A DNA stretch of 64,000 bases from Planctomycetia bacterium (GTDB lineage Bacteria > Planctomycetota > Planctomycetia > Pirellulales > UBA1268). A program made the position numbers and the translations under genes. Where the stretch lies: the NCBI GenBank assembly GCA_009924545.1, contig RFRL01000001.1:4272-68271 (forward strand), written 5' to 3'. The notes below the pieces were generated by a model that was not told the origin of the DNA, made no database searches, and saw only the letters and a list, made by a program, of their open reading frames with translations. Below, piece after piece: positions 30,200 through 39,694 of this stretch; the first letter of the stretch is position 1, and each line of letters opens with the position of its first letter.

Positions 30200-31546
30200 T
30201 CAGACAGCGCCATCCACGCACAACGCCATCACCACCGCGGCAGCCTGCCCCTGCGGCGTGACCGACGACGACAGGAAGGAGTCTCCGGCCGGATCACCAG
30301 CCACGGCCGGGCGAACCGGGCAGCTCGGATCGGGCGTGGTGTGGTTGAGCAGACCGAACAACCGGCCCTCCTGCAGCGCGCTCAGGCTGGCGATGCATTC
30401 CACGATGCCACTGGCCGCACCGAGGTTGCCGAAGTGGGCCTTGGCCGCGACCACCGGCAGCCGGGACGCTTCGGCGCCGCAGGCATCGGCCAGGGCCTGC
30501 GCCTCGTCACGGTCGCCCCCCACGGTGCTCAGGCCGTGGGCGTGCACGTGTCCCAGGCGCGCCACAGGCCGCCCCGCGGCCTCGAGCGCCCGCGACATGG
30601 CCAGCCCCAGGGCCTGGCGCTTGAGTCCCAGCCCGAGTCGGTCGCTGACTTGGCGCGCGGCGGCCCCCAGCACCTCGCCATGGATCGTCGCCCCACGGCG
30701 CCTGGCGTGGACGAGTTCCTCGAGGACCAGCACCGCTGCCCCCTCCCCCAGCACCATACCGCGGCGGTGGAGGTCGAACGGCCGGCTCCAGGTCGTGGGA
30801 TCGTCCGTGCCGATGGCGATTTGCTCGGATTGCAGCGCGTGCACCGTCTTCATGGGATGAACGCGGGTGCCGGTCGCCCCCGCGAGCATGATGTCGGCCG
30901 CGCCCCGCTGGATGGTCATCGTGGCCTCGCCGATGGCGAGATGGCCGCTCGCCTCGCGGATCGTGATCGAGTTGCTCGGACCGCGGAGGTCGTTGTAGAT
31001 GGCGATGTGGCTGGCCGGCATGTTGGGCAGGTACTTGAGCAACCACAGCGGGTTGAGCAGGGGCATGCCGTCCCCCGCCCAGCGACCGAAATCGAAGTGG
31101 CCGTCGGCGCCGCGGCAGCGGGCGATTCCCGCGGTGAAGTCCTCCGGTAGCGTGAGCATGTAGTCGGAGCCGAACACACAACCGAACCGCTCCGGCGGGT
31201 GACCGCCCCCGACCAGCCCCCCACCCCCGACTAGTCTCGAGTCGTACAGGGCGCGCTGGGCCGCGGCGACCGCCATCTGGCTCTCACGGCACATCACCTT
31301 GAGCCCCTTGCGGATCGCCTTCTTCGTCTCGGCTTCGAGCGGACCGAAGTTGTCGATCTCGCCGGTGAACGCCCGGGCCTCGGCGGCATGGTGGAGTGGC
31401 AGACCGTCGGTGCAGAACGACTCGATCGGTTTCACGGCACTGCGCCCGGCGTGCAGCCCAGCCACGAGGTCGGGAACCGACAGCCCCAGCGGGCACACCA
31501 CCCCCATGCCTGTGACCACGACACGACGTTCTGCGCTCACCGGCAT
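30200..31546 (-). CDS. beta-ketoacyl-ACP synthase I/II-fold paralog lacking the nucleophile cysteine (Glu-His-Asn)
   Basis: KAS N-terminus RRVVVTGMGVVCPLG. Where FabF has ATACASAG this protein reads ITIREASG (Glu198, codon 30953-30955). VHAHGLST keeps the first His. AAKAHFGNLGAASG has Asn where FabF has the second His. ATG start, preceded by a GAGGA-like Shine-Dalgarno sequence. Confidence 0.8.
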   Translation of the reverse strand: MPVSAERRVVVTGMGVVCPLGLSVPDLVAGLHAGRSAVKPIESFCTDGLPLHHAAEARAFTGEIDNFGPLEAETKKAIRKGLKVMCRESQMAVAAAQRALYDSRLVGGGGLVGGGHPPERFGCVFGSDYMLTLPEDFTAGIARCRGADGHFDFGRWAGDGMPLLNPLWLLKYLPNMPASHIAIYNDLRGPSNSITIREASGHLAIGEATMTIQRGAADIMLAGATGTRVHPMKTVHALQSEQIAIGTDDPTTWSRPFDLHRRGMVLGEGAAVLVLEELVHARRRGATIHGEVLGAAARQVSDRLGLGLKRQALGLAMSRALEAAGRPVARLGHVHAHGLSTVGGDRDEAQALADACGAEASRLPVVAAKAHFGNLGAASGIVECIASLSALQEGRLFGLLNHTTPDPSCPVRPAVAGDPAGDSFLSSSVTPQGQAAAVVMALCVDGAV

Positions 31547-31609
31547 CGGGGAGGATCCTCGGACGGGGGGAAGGGCCGGGCGGCCCGGCGTGCCGACCGA
31601 AGGGGTTGG

Positions 31610-32599
31610 TCAGCGCGGGCCCCGTAGCCGCGGTTCGACGAACACGACGACGTCCGTGCGCAGGGCGACCGCACCACCGCCGGCCTGGGCATTCTGCGCT
31701 GGAACGGGCCAGGGCACCAACCCCAGGCCAACGACCAATACCCGGCTGGCGGGCCAGCGGAACCGTTCCCCGACCCGGACCGCGGCGATCTGCGGAACCT
31801 CGATCTGGAGCCTCTGTCCACCACTCACCGGCAGGTCGACCGGCAGCGGCGCCATCCGCTCCACCTGGTCGATGCGGCAGCGGATCACCGCGTCGACCGC
31901 CGTGCCGTCGACCGTGAGGAGGGGCTGGACGTCGATCGCGAAGCCCTCGTCGCAACTGGCCGCGAGGGGCTGCCATCCGGGCCACAGGTCGGGCCGCGGC
32001 GCCACGTCGCGCAGGTACGGGCGGGACCGGCCACCCGAGACGACCGCCGGCACGCCGTTGGCGGCCAGCACCGGGCCGGTGGGAAGTTCGATGCAGTCGC
32101 GGCGCTGCCGCAAGGTGCCCAGCAGGAGCGCGGCCTCCTCCCGCGAGACGATCCACGCCTGCACCCCCGGTGTGGCGGCTGGTATCGGCTGGAGCAGACC
32201 GCGGGCCGTGAGCCGCCAGCCCGGATCGGCCACCCCCACCACCCGGACGGCGAAGCGATGCGGCGCCGCGGCGGGCGTCACGAACCGGGCCACTGTGTCC
32301 GCCACCCGGTCCTGCATCGCAGGCTGGTGGAAACAGTGCACGGCCGTGCCGTCGGCGGTGAGCGAAGCGACCATCTCGCCATGCCAGGCGGCGTAGCCGG
32401 TGTCCTGGAGGATCCAATCGACCACATGGCGCTGGCTGGACGTACCGGCCGTGGCGGTGAACGGAGCGATGTCGTGCTCCCGCCACACCTGACCCGCCGT
32501 GGCGGGGAGCGGAGGTTCGCTGGGTGCCGGCGCGGCGCGGCACAGGCCCAAGAGCACCGCCAGCCAAACGCCGGCCGGGCGTGGAGCGATCATCGGCAC
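31610..32599 (-). CDS. secreted hypothetical protein (about 327-329 aa)
   Basis: Signal peptide (MIAPRPAGVWLAVLLGLCRAAPAPS), from the GTG at 32599 or the ATG at 32593. It lies on the same strand between fabF and the KAS paralog. I recognise no family. A C-terminal stretch (EGFAIDVQPLLTVDGTAVDAVIRCRIDQVER) faintly recalls secretin-type beta segments, which is weak. Confidence 0.55.
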   Translation of the reverse strand: MPMIAPRPAGVWLAVLLGLCRAAPAPSEPPLPATAGQVWREHDIAPFTATAGTSSQRHVVDWILQDTGYAAWHGEMVASLTADGTAVHCFHQPAMQDRVADTVARFVTPAAAPHRFAVRVVGVADPGWRLTARGLLQPIPAATPGVQAWIVSREEAALLLGTLRQRRDCIELPTGPVLAANGVPAVVSGGRSRPYLRDVAPRPDLWPGWQPLAASCDEGFAIDVQPLLTVDGTAVDAVIRCRIDQVERMAPLPVDLPVSGGQRLQIEVPQIAAVRVGERFRWPASRVLVVGLGLVPWPVPAQNAQAGGGAVALRTDVVVFVEPRLRGPR

Positions 32600-32726
32600 C
32601 TCCGCCGGCAGCCATCGGCGGCACAGCCGCCCCTGGTGACTCTAGCAGCGGGGGGAAGGAGCCCTCCAGACCGCTTTCCGCGCCGCCCGGCACAGGTCCA
32701 CCCGCGCCTGGCCCGGGGGCCGCGGA

Positions 32727-33965
32727 TCAGACCTTGGCGAGCACCAGTGAGGCGTTGTGGCCACCGAAACCGAAGCTGTTGCTCATCGCCACCCGGACCT
32801 GCGCCTCCCGGGCGGTGTTGGGCACATAGTCCAGATCGCACTCCGGATCGGGGTTCTCCAGGTTGATCGTCGGCGCGATCACCCCGCGCCCCAGGGAGAG
32901 GGCACAGGCCACCAGTTCGATGCCACCGCTGGCCCCGAGGGTGTGCCCCAACTGGCTCTTCGTGCTCGACACAAGGAGCCGGCCGGCGTGGGCGCCGAAC
33001 ACCTGCTTCATGGCCACCGTCTCGGCCTTGTCGCCCAGCGGCGTACTCGTGCCATGGGCGTTGATGTAGTCCACGGCGTCCGGCGACAGCCCGGCATCCT
33101 CGAGCGCCTTGCGCATCGCGCGGGCGGCTCCGCGGCCCTCCTCGTCGGGTTGGGTGATGTGGCCGGCGTCGCCGCTGGCCCCGTAGCCCATCAGTTCGCC
33201 GTGGATCCGCGCCCCGCGGCGTCGGGCGTGCTCGAACTCCTCCATCACCACCACCCCGGCCCCCTCGGCGAGGACGAAGCCGTCCCGATCGCGGTCGAAG
33301 GGCCGGCTGGCGGCCTGCGGAGCGTCGGTCCGGAACGACAGGGCACGCATGTTCTGGAAGCCGGCCAGCCCCATCGGCGTCAGTGCCGCCTCGCTGCCAC
33401 CGGCGACCATCACGTCGGCGTCCGCCGACTGGATCGCCCGCAGGGCCTCACCGATGGCGTTGCCGGCGCTGGCGCAGGCGGTGGCCACGGCGAAGTTAGG
33501 GCCTTTGATCCCGTACATCGTCGACACGTGCCCGCTCGCCGAATTGACCATCAGCTTGGGGATGGTGAACGGGGAGACCTTGTCGATCCCCTTGGTGAGC
33601 AGCCGCTCGTGCTGCGCCTCGAACTCCGACAATCCGCCGATGCCCGAGCCGATCACGACACCGCAGCGGTAGGGATCCTCCATCGCGAAATCGAGCCCCG
33701 AGTCGCGGACGGCATCCGCCGCGGAGGCCATGGCGAACTGGGTGAAGCGATCGAGGCGGCGCAGTTCCTTCGGATTGGCGATCCCCTCCGCCTCGCCATT
33801 CCACGGCACCTCGCCCCCGAACTGCACGCGGAACCCTGACACGTCGAAGAGCGTGATCGGACCGACGCCGCTGTCGCCGCCGACGAGGCGCTCCCAGAAC
33901 GTGTCGATCGCCCGGCCCAGCGAGGTCACGACCCCCAACCCCGTCACCACCACGCGCCGCTTCAT
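32727..33965 (-). CDS. fabF: 3-oxoacyl-ACP synthase II
   Basis: From the ATG at 33965 ([17 protein letters not shown]). Active-site Cys in [13 protein letters not shown], His in [12 protein letters not shown], and His in [14 protein letters not shown]. The C-terminus is [21 protein letters not shown] overlap with the acpP stop. 412 aa. Confidence 0.93.
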   Translation of the reverse strand: MKRRVVVTGLGVVTSLGRAIDTFWERLVGGDSGVGPITLFDVSGFRVQFGGEVPWNGEAEGIANPKELRRLDRFTQFAMASAADAVRDSGLDFAMEDPYRCGVVIGSGIGGLSEFEAQHERLLTKGIDKVSPFTIPKLMVNSASGHVSTMYGIKGPNFAVATACASAGNAIGEALRAIQSADADVMVAGGSEAALTPMGLAGFQNMRALSFRTDAPQAASRPFDRDRDGFVLAEGAGVVVMEEFEHARRRGARIHGELMGYGASGDAGHITQPDEEGRGAARAMRKALEDAGLSPDAVDYINAHGTSTPLGDKAETVAMKQVFGAHAGRLLVSSTKSQLGHTLGASGGIELVACALSLGRGVIAPTINLENPDPECDLDYVPNTAREAQVRVAMSNSFGFGGHNASLVLAKV

Positions 33966-34201
33966 GGCGCCTGGTGCTTCTCGATGAACTCCACCGCCTG
34001 CCCCACCGTCTGGATCTTCTCGGCAGCGTCGTCGGGGATGTTGATCTCGAATTCCTCCTCGAGCTCCATCACCAGTTCGACTGTGTCGAGCGAATCGGCG
34101 CCGAGGTCGTTGATGAAGGAGGTCTGGGGGGTGACCTGCTCCTTGCTGACTCCGAGTTGCGACGCGACGATGTCGATCACCCGTTCTTGGACGGAAGCCA
34201 C
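33962..34201 (-). CDS. acpP: acyl carrier protein
   Basis: Phosphopantetheine-attachment motif [19 protein letters not shown]. 79 aa. GTG start at 34201, preceded by AGGAGG with a 7-nt spacer (read on the minus strand). Confidence 0.93.
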   Translation of the reverse strand: MASVQERVIDIVASQLGVSKEQVTPQTSFINDLGADSLDTVELVMELEEEFEINIPDDAAEKIQTVGQAVEFIEKHQAP

Positions 34202-34318
34202 CGTGAATCCTCCTGGCGAACCGATGGACTGGCGGGCCGGTGCATGACCGACCGCGGGCCGGGCGACCCGGTACCCGCACCGTCACTACGGTTGGGGCCA
34301 AGGTCGTGAACACGCGAT

Positions 34319-34348
34319 GATATACCGGCTGGGCCGGGAGAGTGTCCA
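34319..34348 (-). promoter_or_regulatory. candidate promoter for acpP-fabF (TGGACA-18 nt-TATATC on the minus strand)
   Basis: The reverse complement reads TGGACActctcccggcccagccggTATATCatcg. It sits in the unusually long (383 nt) fabG-acpP spacer, about 115 nt upstream of the acpP start. Motif match only. Confidence 0.25.
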
Positions 34349-34584
34349 GTCCGGGGCCCGCGCGCCATTCCCCCGCGAAAGCGGCTCCGACAGTGGGGCG
34401 CGCGCTTTGCCGGGGTGGTGACGCACGGGGCAGTCCCCCGGGGAGCGCCGCGGTCGCCGCCTCATGGCGGAGGCCGCCGGCGGGTTCGACACGCGTCGCT
34501 GACGGGCTTGTCGCGGGTCGGCAGTGGAGCGGTCCCCGGTGGCGGGGGACAGGGCCCACCGGCACCGTCGCCCGACGGACGGGT

Positions 34585-35364
34585 TCAACCGATCAGGCCG
34601 CCGTCCACAGTGAGCACCTGGGCGGTGATGTAGGCCGAGGCCGGCGCGACGAGGAACAGCACCGCCTCGGCCACCTCCCAGGCCTCGCCGAGCCGCTTGG
34701 CCGGGACGCGCTTCTTGACCTCGTCGAGCAGGGCGGGGCCGAGGGCGGCGGTCATGTCGCTGGCGATGAACCCCGGGGCCACGGCATTGACGGTGATCTT
34801 CCGGCCGGCCAACTCCTTGGCCACCGTCCGCGTCATCCCCACCAATCCCGCCTTCGAGGCGGAGTAGTTCGCCTGGCCGGGGTTGCCGATCAGGCCCGAC
34901 ACGCTCGCCACGTTGACGATCCGCCCGTACCGCTGCTGCATCATCGGCCGGCTCACGGCGCGCGTGAAGAGGAACGGCCCGCGCAGGTTGGTGGCCAGCA
35001 CCTCGTCCCACTCCTCGTCGCTCATCCGCGGCAGGAGGGTGTCGCGCGTCACGCCGGCGTTGTTGACGAGGATGTCGATGCGCCCGTGGGCGGCGTGGAT
35101 CTTCTCCACGACCGCCGTCACGGCGGCGGCCTGTGACACGTCGCAGGGGTGGGCTTCGGCGCGGCCGCCCGTCGCCTGGATGGTGGCGGCCACCTCCTCG
35201 AGGCGGGCCGCCGATCGGGCCACCAGCGCCACGGTGGCGCCGTTGGCGGCGAGCGTCTCCGCGATCGCCCGGCCGATGCCCTGCGAGGCCCCGGTGACCA
35301 CCGCCACCTGCCCGGAAAGATCGACGCGCAGACGCGGATGCTGGTGTTCGGTTCCGTCAGCCAT
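34585..35364 (-). CDS. fabG: 3-oxoacyl-ACP reductase (SDR)
   Basis: VAVVTGASQGIGRAIA (the TGxxxGIG motif), NNAG, and the catalytic YSASKAG. It sits between fabD and acpP. Confidence 0.9.
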   Translation of the reverse strand: MADGTEHQHPRLRVDLSGQVAVVTGASQGIGRAIAETLAANGATVALVARSAARLEEVAATIQATGGRAEAHPCDVSQAAAVTAVVEKIHAAHGRIDILVNNAGVTRDTLLPRMSDEEWDEVLATNLRGPFLFTRAVSRPMMQQRYGRIVNVASVSGLIGNPGQANYSASKAGLVGMTRTVAKELAGRKITVNAVAPGFIASDMTAALGPALLDEVKKRVPAKRLGEAWEVAEAVLFLVAPASAYITAQVLTVDGGLIG

Positions 35365-35419
35365 GGCTCTGCCTCCCGTGGTCCACGCGGCCGCCGCGGG
35401 CCATCCCTGCGCCGGCGGA

Positions 35420-36451
35420 TCAATCCCACACCCCGGCGACCGCCACCTTGCGGTCGATCCGCTTCATCAGTCCCCGCAGCACACGCCCGGGACCCACCTC
35501 GACGATCGACCGCACCCCCGACGCGATGAGGAACTCCATCGAAGCCTGCCACTCCACCACGCCCACCAGTTGCCTGGCGAGGAGGTCGCGGATCTCGGCG
35601 GGGTCGTGGTGCGGACGGGCATCGACGTTGCTCACGACCGGCACACGCGGCGAACGCAGCGTCGTGGCCGCGAGGGCGGCGGTGAGCCGGTCGCGGGCCG
35701 GGGCCATGAGCCGGGTGTGGAACGCTCCCGACACCTCGAGACGGACGCACTTCATCGCCCCGGCGGCGGCGGCCGCCTCGGCCACCCGCTCACAGGCGGC
35801 CCGGTCGCCGCTGATCACGACGTTGCCAGGGCAGAGGACGTTGGCCACCTCGACGACGTCGGCGCCCCGCTGCGCGGCACACAGCTTAGCGACCTTGTCC
35901 CGTTCAAGACCGAGGATAGCCACCATGCCCCCGGGGGCGGCGTCGGCGCAGTGCTGCATGGCCCGCCCCCGGGCATCCACGAGGCGCACCGCGTCGTCGA
36001 AGTCGATGGCTTCCGCGAACACCAGGGCCGTGTACTCCCCGAGCGACAGCCCCGCCACACCGACGATGTCGGCTGGCACGCCGCCGTCGCGGTGGCGGAG
36101 CACCTCCAAGGCCGCCAGGCTCGTCACCAGGATCGCGGGCTGGCTGACGGCGGTGGCATCGAGCTGATCGGCCGGTCCGCTGCGGCACACCGCGGCGAGG
36201 TCGTAGCCGAGGATGTCGCTGGCCCGCTCGAAGAGGGCCAGGGCCGCACGAACGTCGCACCACGGGCCGAGCATCCCGACCGCCTGCGACCCCTGACCGG
36301 GAAACACGAGCGCCGAACCGCCGATCGATCCAGGTGACAGCTCGCGCGGACGCGCGACGCCGACTCCCGCGGACTCGGCGCCGACCGTGGGGCCGGTCAC
36401 CGGTGCGCCGCGATCAGCCTGGCGAGGCTGGTTGTCGGCAGGGCAGGCCAC
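35420..36451 (-). CDS. fabD: malonyl-CoA:ACP transacylase
   Basis: ALVFPGQGSQAVGM, the active-site GLSLGEYTALV, and VSGAFHT. The conserved core starts about 45 codons into the track ORF (GTG at 36451), so the true start may be further downstream. Confidence 0.88.
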   Translation of the reverse strand: MACPADNQPRQADRGAPVTGPTVGAESAGVGVARPRELSPGSIGGSALVFPGQGSQAVGMLGPWCDVRAALALFERASDILGYDLAAVCRSGPADQLDATAVSQPAILVTSLAALEVLRHRDGGVPADIVGVAGLSLGEYTALVFAEAIDFDDAVRLVDARGRAMQHCADAAPGGMVAILGLERDKVAKLCAAQRGADVVEVANVLCPGNVVISGDRAACERVAEAAAAAGAMKCVRLEVSGAFHTRLMAPARDRLTAALAATTLRSPRVPVVSNVDARPHHDPAEIRDLLARQLVGVVEWQASMEFLIASGVRSIVEVGPGRVLRGLMKRIDRKVAVAGVWD

Positions 36452-36455
36452 CGCC

Positions 36456-36635
36456 TCATTCCCCGGACTTCACGACCGCGCGACCCATGTAGTGGCCGCA
36501 GGCCCCGCAAACATGGTGCGTGGGCACCGCCTTGCCGCAGTTGGAGCAGAACGTCAACTGCCGCGGGACGAGAAAATCGTGGGCCCGACGCGACCGGGTT
36601 TTCTGGTTCGACTGACGGCGTTTGGGAACGGCCAT
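36456..36635 (-). CDS. rpmF: 50S ribosomal protein L32
   Basis: From the ATG at 36635: MAVPKRRQSNQKTRSRRAH... with CSNCG...CGACG zinc-ribbon cysteines. 59 aa. Confidence 0.9.
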   Translation of the reverse strand: MAVPKRRQSNQKTRSRRAHDFLVPRQLTFCSNCGKAVPTHHVCGACGHYMGRAVVKSGE

Positions 36636-36885
36636 GGCACACCTGACCTGCGGAACGGGATGGCGAATCACCAACTGTAGTGACGACCGTGCCCACGGGT
36701 CAAACCGGGATCGGCGGAACGGCGGGGAAACCGCCCGCCGCCAGGATGCACACAGGCTGCTGCACCGGAGAGATGCGTCGCCGCGAGGGCAGCGTCCGCG
36801 AAAACCGGAACTTTTCGTGTGGGCGAAGCCACGGAGGGACTGTGGCCACGTGCTGCGCGCGGGACGGTCAGCTCCCGCTTTGGCA

Positions 36886-37944
36886 TCAGAACAGCCGCGC
36901 TTGGCCCCCCGCCCGAGGCGGTACCCCCAGATGCTCCTCGCCCCGCGGGGTGAGCTGCCGGCCGCGCGGGGTCCGCACCACCAGCTCGCAGCGCAACAGG
37001 AACGGCTCCACATCCGACTCCAGGGTGTCGGCGGCGCTGCTCATCGTGTGGGCGATCGCCTCGATCCCGACCGGCCCGCCGGCGAACACCCGGTGGATCG
37101 TCTCCAGGTAGCGCCGGTCGAAGGCGTCGAGGCCGATCGTGTCGATGCCCTGCATGTCGAGTGCGCGGCGGGTGATGTCGACGTCGAGGCGACCGGCGGC
37201 GCGGCTGGTGGAGTAGTCGCGGATCCAGCGGAGGCGGTTGTTGGCCAGGCGCGGCGTGCCCCGGCTGCGGCGCGCGATCTCGTCGGCACTGGTGTCGTCC
37301 ATCGGCATGCCGAGCCGCCCGGCGGAGCGCCGCACGATCTCGGCGAGGTCGTCGACGGCGTAGAAATCGAGGTGCTCGCGCATCTGGAACCGGTCGCGCA
37401 GCGGGGCCGAGATGAGCCCCGCGCGGGTCGTCGCCCCGACGAGGGTGAAGGGGCGCAGCGGCATGTTGATCGTCCGCGCCGACACCCCCTCGCCCCACGT
37501 GAAATCGACACGGAAATCCTCCATGGCCGGGTAGAGGAACTCCTCCACGGCGATCGGCAACCGGTGGATCTCGTCGATGAACAGCACCGTCCCCTCGGCG
37601 GCGTTGGTGAGGTAGGGCATGAGATCCTTGGGGGCCGAAAGGGCCGCCCCACTGGCGATCTGCACGGTCGTGCCGAGCTCCCGGGGGATGCAGGTGGCGA
37701 AGGTGGTCTTGCCGAGGCCCGGCGGACCGTCGAGGAGGATGTGGCCGAGGACATCGCCACGTTTGCGCGCGGCATCGACGGCGATCGAGATCCGCTCGTG
37801 CACCTCACGCTGCCCCACCATCTCCGCCATGCGCTGCGGCCGGAGATCGCGGTCGTCGGCGTCGGTGGCACCGGCGGCGGCACCGGCCCCCGGGTCGGGC
37901 ACCGCTCCCGGCCGCACCGTCGCCTCACGGCTCGATCTGCTCAT
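36886..37944 (-). CDS. ruvB: Holliday junction branch migration helicase RuvB
   Basis: Walker A motif LLDGPPGLGKTT, Walker B motif VLFIDEIHRL, LVGATTRAGLISAPLRDRF, and RGTPRLANNRLR. Confidence 0.93.
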   Translation of the reverse strand: MSRSSREATVRPGAVPDPGAGAAAGATDADDRDLRPQRMAEMVGQREVHERISIAVDAARKRGDVLGHILLDGPPGLGKTTFATCIPRELGTTVQIASGAALSAPKDLMPYLTNAAEGTVLFIDEIHRLPIAVEEFLYPAMEDFRVDFTWGEGVSARTINMPLRPFTLVGATTRAGLISAPLRDRFQMREHLDFYAVDDLAEIVRRSAGRLGMPMDDTSADEIARRSRGTPRLANNRLRWIRDYSTSRAAGRLDVDITRRALDMQGIDTIGLDAFDRRYLETIHRVFAGGPVGIEAIAHTMSSAADTLESDVEPFLLRCELVVRTPRGRQLTPRGEEHLGVPPRAGGQARLF

Positions 37945-38118
37945 GCCGCTCCTCCTGCCGCACTCCGGACACCGCCACCGAGCCTACCGGTTCGCCGGCC
38001 ATGACCAACAGCAGGGGGCACCTCAGGGGTCGGGCGCAAGAAGCTGCGAAACGGAAAACCACGGGGTTTCCTTCTGGCAGCCTCCAGAGACAGGGGCCGC
38101 GGGCCACCCGCGCCGCGG

Positions 38119-38745
38119 TCACTTCGGCCGCTGCCCCTGCCGGTAGATCGCCTCGAGGGCCTCCTGCGGATCTTTCCAAGGCTTCTTCGCCGCGCGGAGG
38201 CCGTCCACGAGGCGGCGGGCATCGGCCTCCGAGTGGCCGATCGACCGGAGCACGGAGAAGGTCTCGGCGAGGATGTCGGCCGCGGGGCCGCCGGCCGGCA
38301 GGGTGCGCTGCACGGCGAGGGCGAACTTGGGCATCCGCCGGCGCAGCTTGGCGATCATCCGCTCGGCGGTGGCGGCGCCGATGCCCGGCAGGGTCGACAG
38401 GGTGGAGGCATCCTGTTCCTCGATCGCGGTGGCGATCTCCCCCACCGGCCGGACCATCGCCCGCAGGGCCTTGCGGACGCCGACCCCGTCGACCTCGCAA
38501 ATGAGGTCGAAGAACTCGCGTTCCACCTCCGAGAGGAAGCCCACCAGCCGCGGCACGAGATTGCCCCGCCCCGGCGTCCCCTCGAGGAACTCCAGGGTGT
38601 GGAGCGTGACGGTCGTCCCGGTCTGCCCCTGCAGTTCGCGGCGCACCAGGTCGGGCACGAGGAGCTCGTGCACTTCCGCCCCCACCGCGAGGTCGATGGT
38701 CGAAGGATCGACCCGTTCCAGGACGCCGGTGAGACGCTTGATCAT
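38119..38745 (-). CDS. ruvA: Holliday junction DNA-binding protein RuvA
   Basis: From the ATG at 38745 (MIKRLTGVLERVDPSTIDLAVGAEVHELLVP). Helix-hairpin-helix motifs VDGVGVRKALRAM and LSTLPGIGAATAERM. ATGA overlap with the ruvC stop. Confidence 0.88.
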   Translation of the reverse strand: MIKRLTGVLERVDPSTIDLAVGAEVHELLVPDLVRRELQGQTGTTVTLHTLEFLEGTPGRGNLVPRLVGFLSEVEREFFDLICEVDGVGVRKALRAMVRPVGEIATAIEEQDASTLSTLPGIGAATAERMIAKLRRRMPKFALAVQRTLPAGGPAADILAETFSVLRSIGHSEADARRLVDGLRAAKKPWKDPQEALEAIYRQGQRPK

Positions 38746-39329
38746 GCCCGTCGCGCTCCCCCCGGGGTGGTCGCCGCGTGGACGAGGCGCAGCCGCAGAT
38801 GCCAGTCGGTGATCGCCACCGCGAGGGCATCGGCGGCGTCGGCCGGCTCCGGCAGGCTTGCCAGGCCCAGTTCGCGTTGCACGGCGCGCTGCATCTGCCC
38901 CTTGTCGGCCCGACCGCTCCCGGTGAGCAGGCGTTTGACGCGGGCAGGTGGATAGTGGTGGACGGTGAGCGACGACTGCGCGGCCGCCAGGCAGATCACC
39001 CCCCGGGCGTGCCCCATGAGAATCGCCGTCCGGGGATAGCGGCCATGGACGAACAGTTGCTCGACCGCCATCGCCACCGGTCCGAATTCGTCGATCACCT
39101 CGCGGATCCCGGCGTGGATACTCGCCAGGCGTTCCTCCAACGAGCTGCCGCGCGACCGGACGGTGCCCGCTTCGACCAAGCGCACGCCACCGCGACCGCA
39201 CTCCACGACGCCGTAGCCGGTGACGTTGAGCCCGGGGTCGAAGCCGACCACGCGAATCGCACCGCCGGCCGGGAGAGCCCCGATCGTGGTCGCGTCCTCA
39301 CCGACGGTATCCGCTCCGACTGCGCGCAT
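38742..39329 (-). CDS. ruvC: crossover junction endodeoxyribonuclease RuvC
   Basis: VVGFDPGLNVTGYGVV (catalytic Asp), MAVEQLFV, and DAADALAVAITD at the C-terminus. The start is uncertain: the ATG at 39329 gives about a 25-aa N-terminal extension, and the track ORF extends to 39467. Confidence 0.85.
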   Translation of the reverse strand: MRAVGADTVGEDATTIGALPAGGAIRVVGFDPGLNVTGYGVVECGRGGVRLVEAGTVRSRGSSLEERLASIHAGIREVIDEFGPVAMAVEQLFVHGRYPRTAILMGHARGVICLAAAQSSLTVHHYPPARVKRLLTGSGRADKGQMQRAVQRELGLASLPEPADAADALAVAITDWHLRLRLVHAATTPGGARRA

Positions 39330-39474
39330 GCCGGAAGCGTAGCGACTGCCGAGTGGCCCGCCCAAGGCCAAACCGCGGCGTGGCTCCTTGCCAGACGCCG
39401 TTCGCCGAGCAAGACCTGAGGCATGACGAAGGCTGACACCCGGCGACCGTTCGCCCCGCCGGGGCACGGCCGAC

Positions 39475-39548
<74 letters not shown>

Positions 39549-39587
39549 CCGACTCCGATCTGTGAGCGACCGGAGCGCAGGCCGTCG

Positions 39588-39616
39588 AATGTACCGCACG
39601 GGAGGCAGGGCACCAA
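39588..39616 (-). promoter_or_regulatory. candidate promoter for tRNA-Arg (TTGGTG-17 nt-TACATT on the minus strand)
   Basis: The reverse complement reads cTTGGTGccctgcctcccgtgcggTACATTcgacgg. The -10 ends about 40 nt upstream of the tRNA 5' end. Motif match only. Confidence 0.25.
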
Positions 39617-39694
39617 GCCACAGCCGGACCGCGGTCGGCATGCGGTTGGAGCCACGGCGGTCGCGGGAGGGTGGCGCTCTGCTTTTCCCTGCCG

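Noticed and set aside
29763-30221. A 152-codon minus-strand ORF ending in an ATGA overlap with the nusA start, considered as rimP.
   Set aside because: It has no RimP-like motifs. Its composition is W/R-rich, its third-position G/C bias is weaker (about 70 % in the stretch I counted), and it overlaps the upstream KAS-paralog gene by 22 nt. It remains only as a question under the nusA-leader finding.
36636-36885. A possible yceD/DUF177 gene upstream of rpmF, or plsX/fabH within the rpmF-fabD operon.
   Set aside because: Only 250 nt are available before ruvB, and the in-frame extension of rpmF (track ORF up to 37013) is C/W/R-rich nonsense. rpmF is followed 4 nt later by the fabD ORF, so plsX and fabH are simply absent from this locus.
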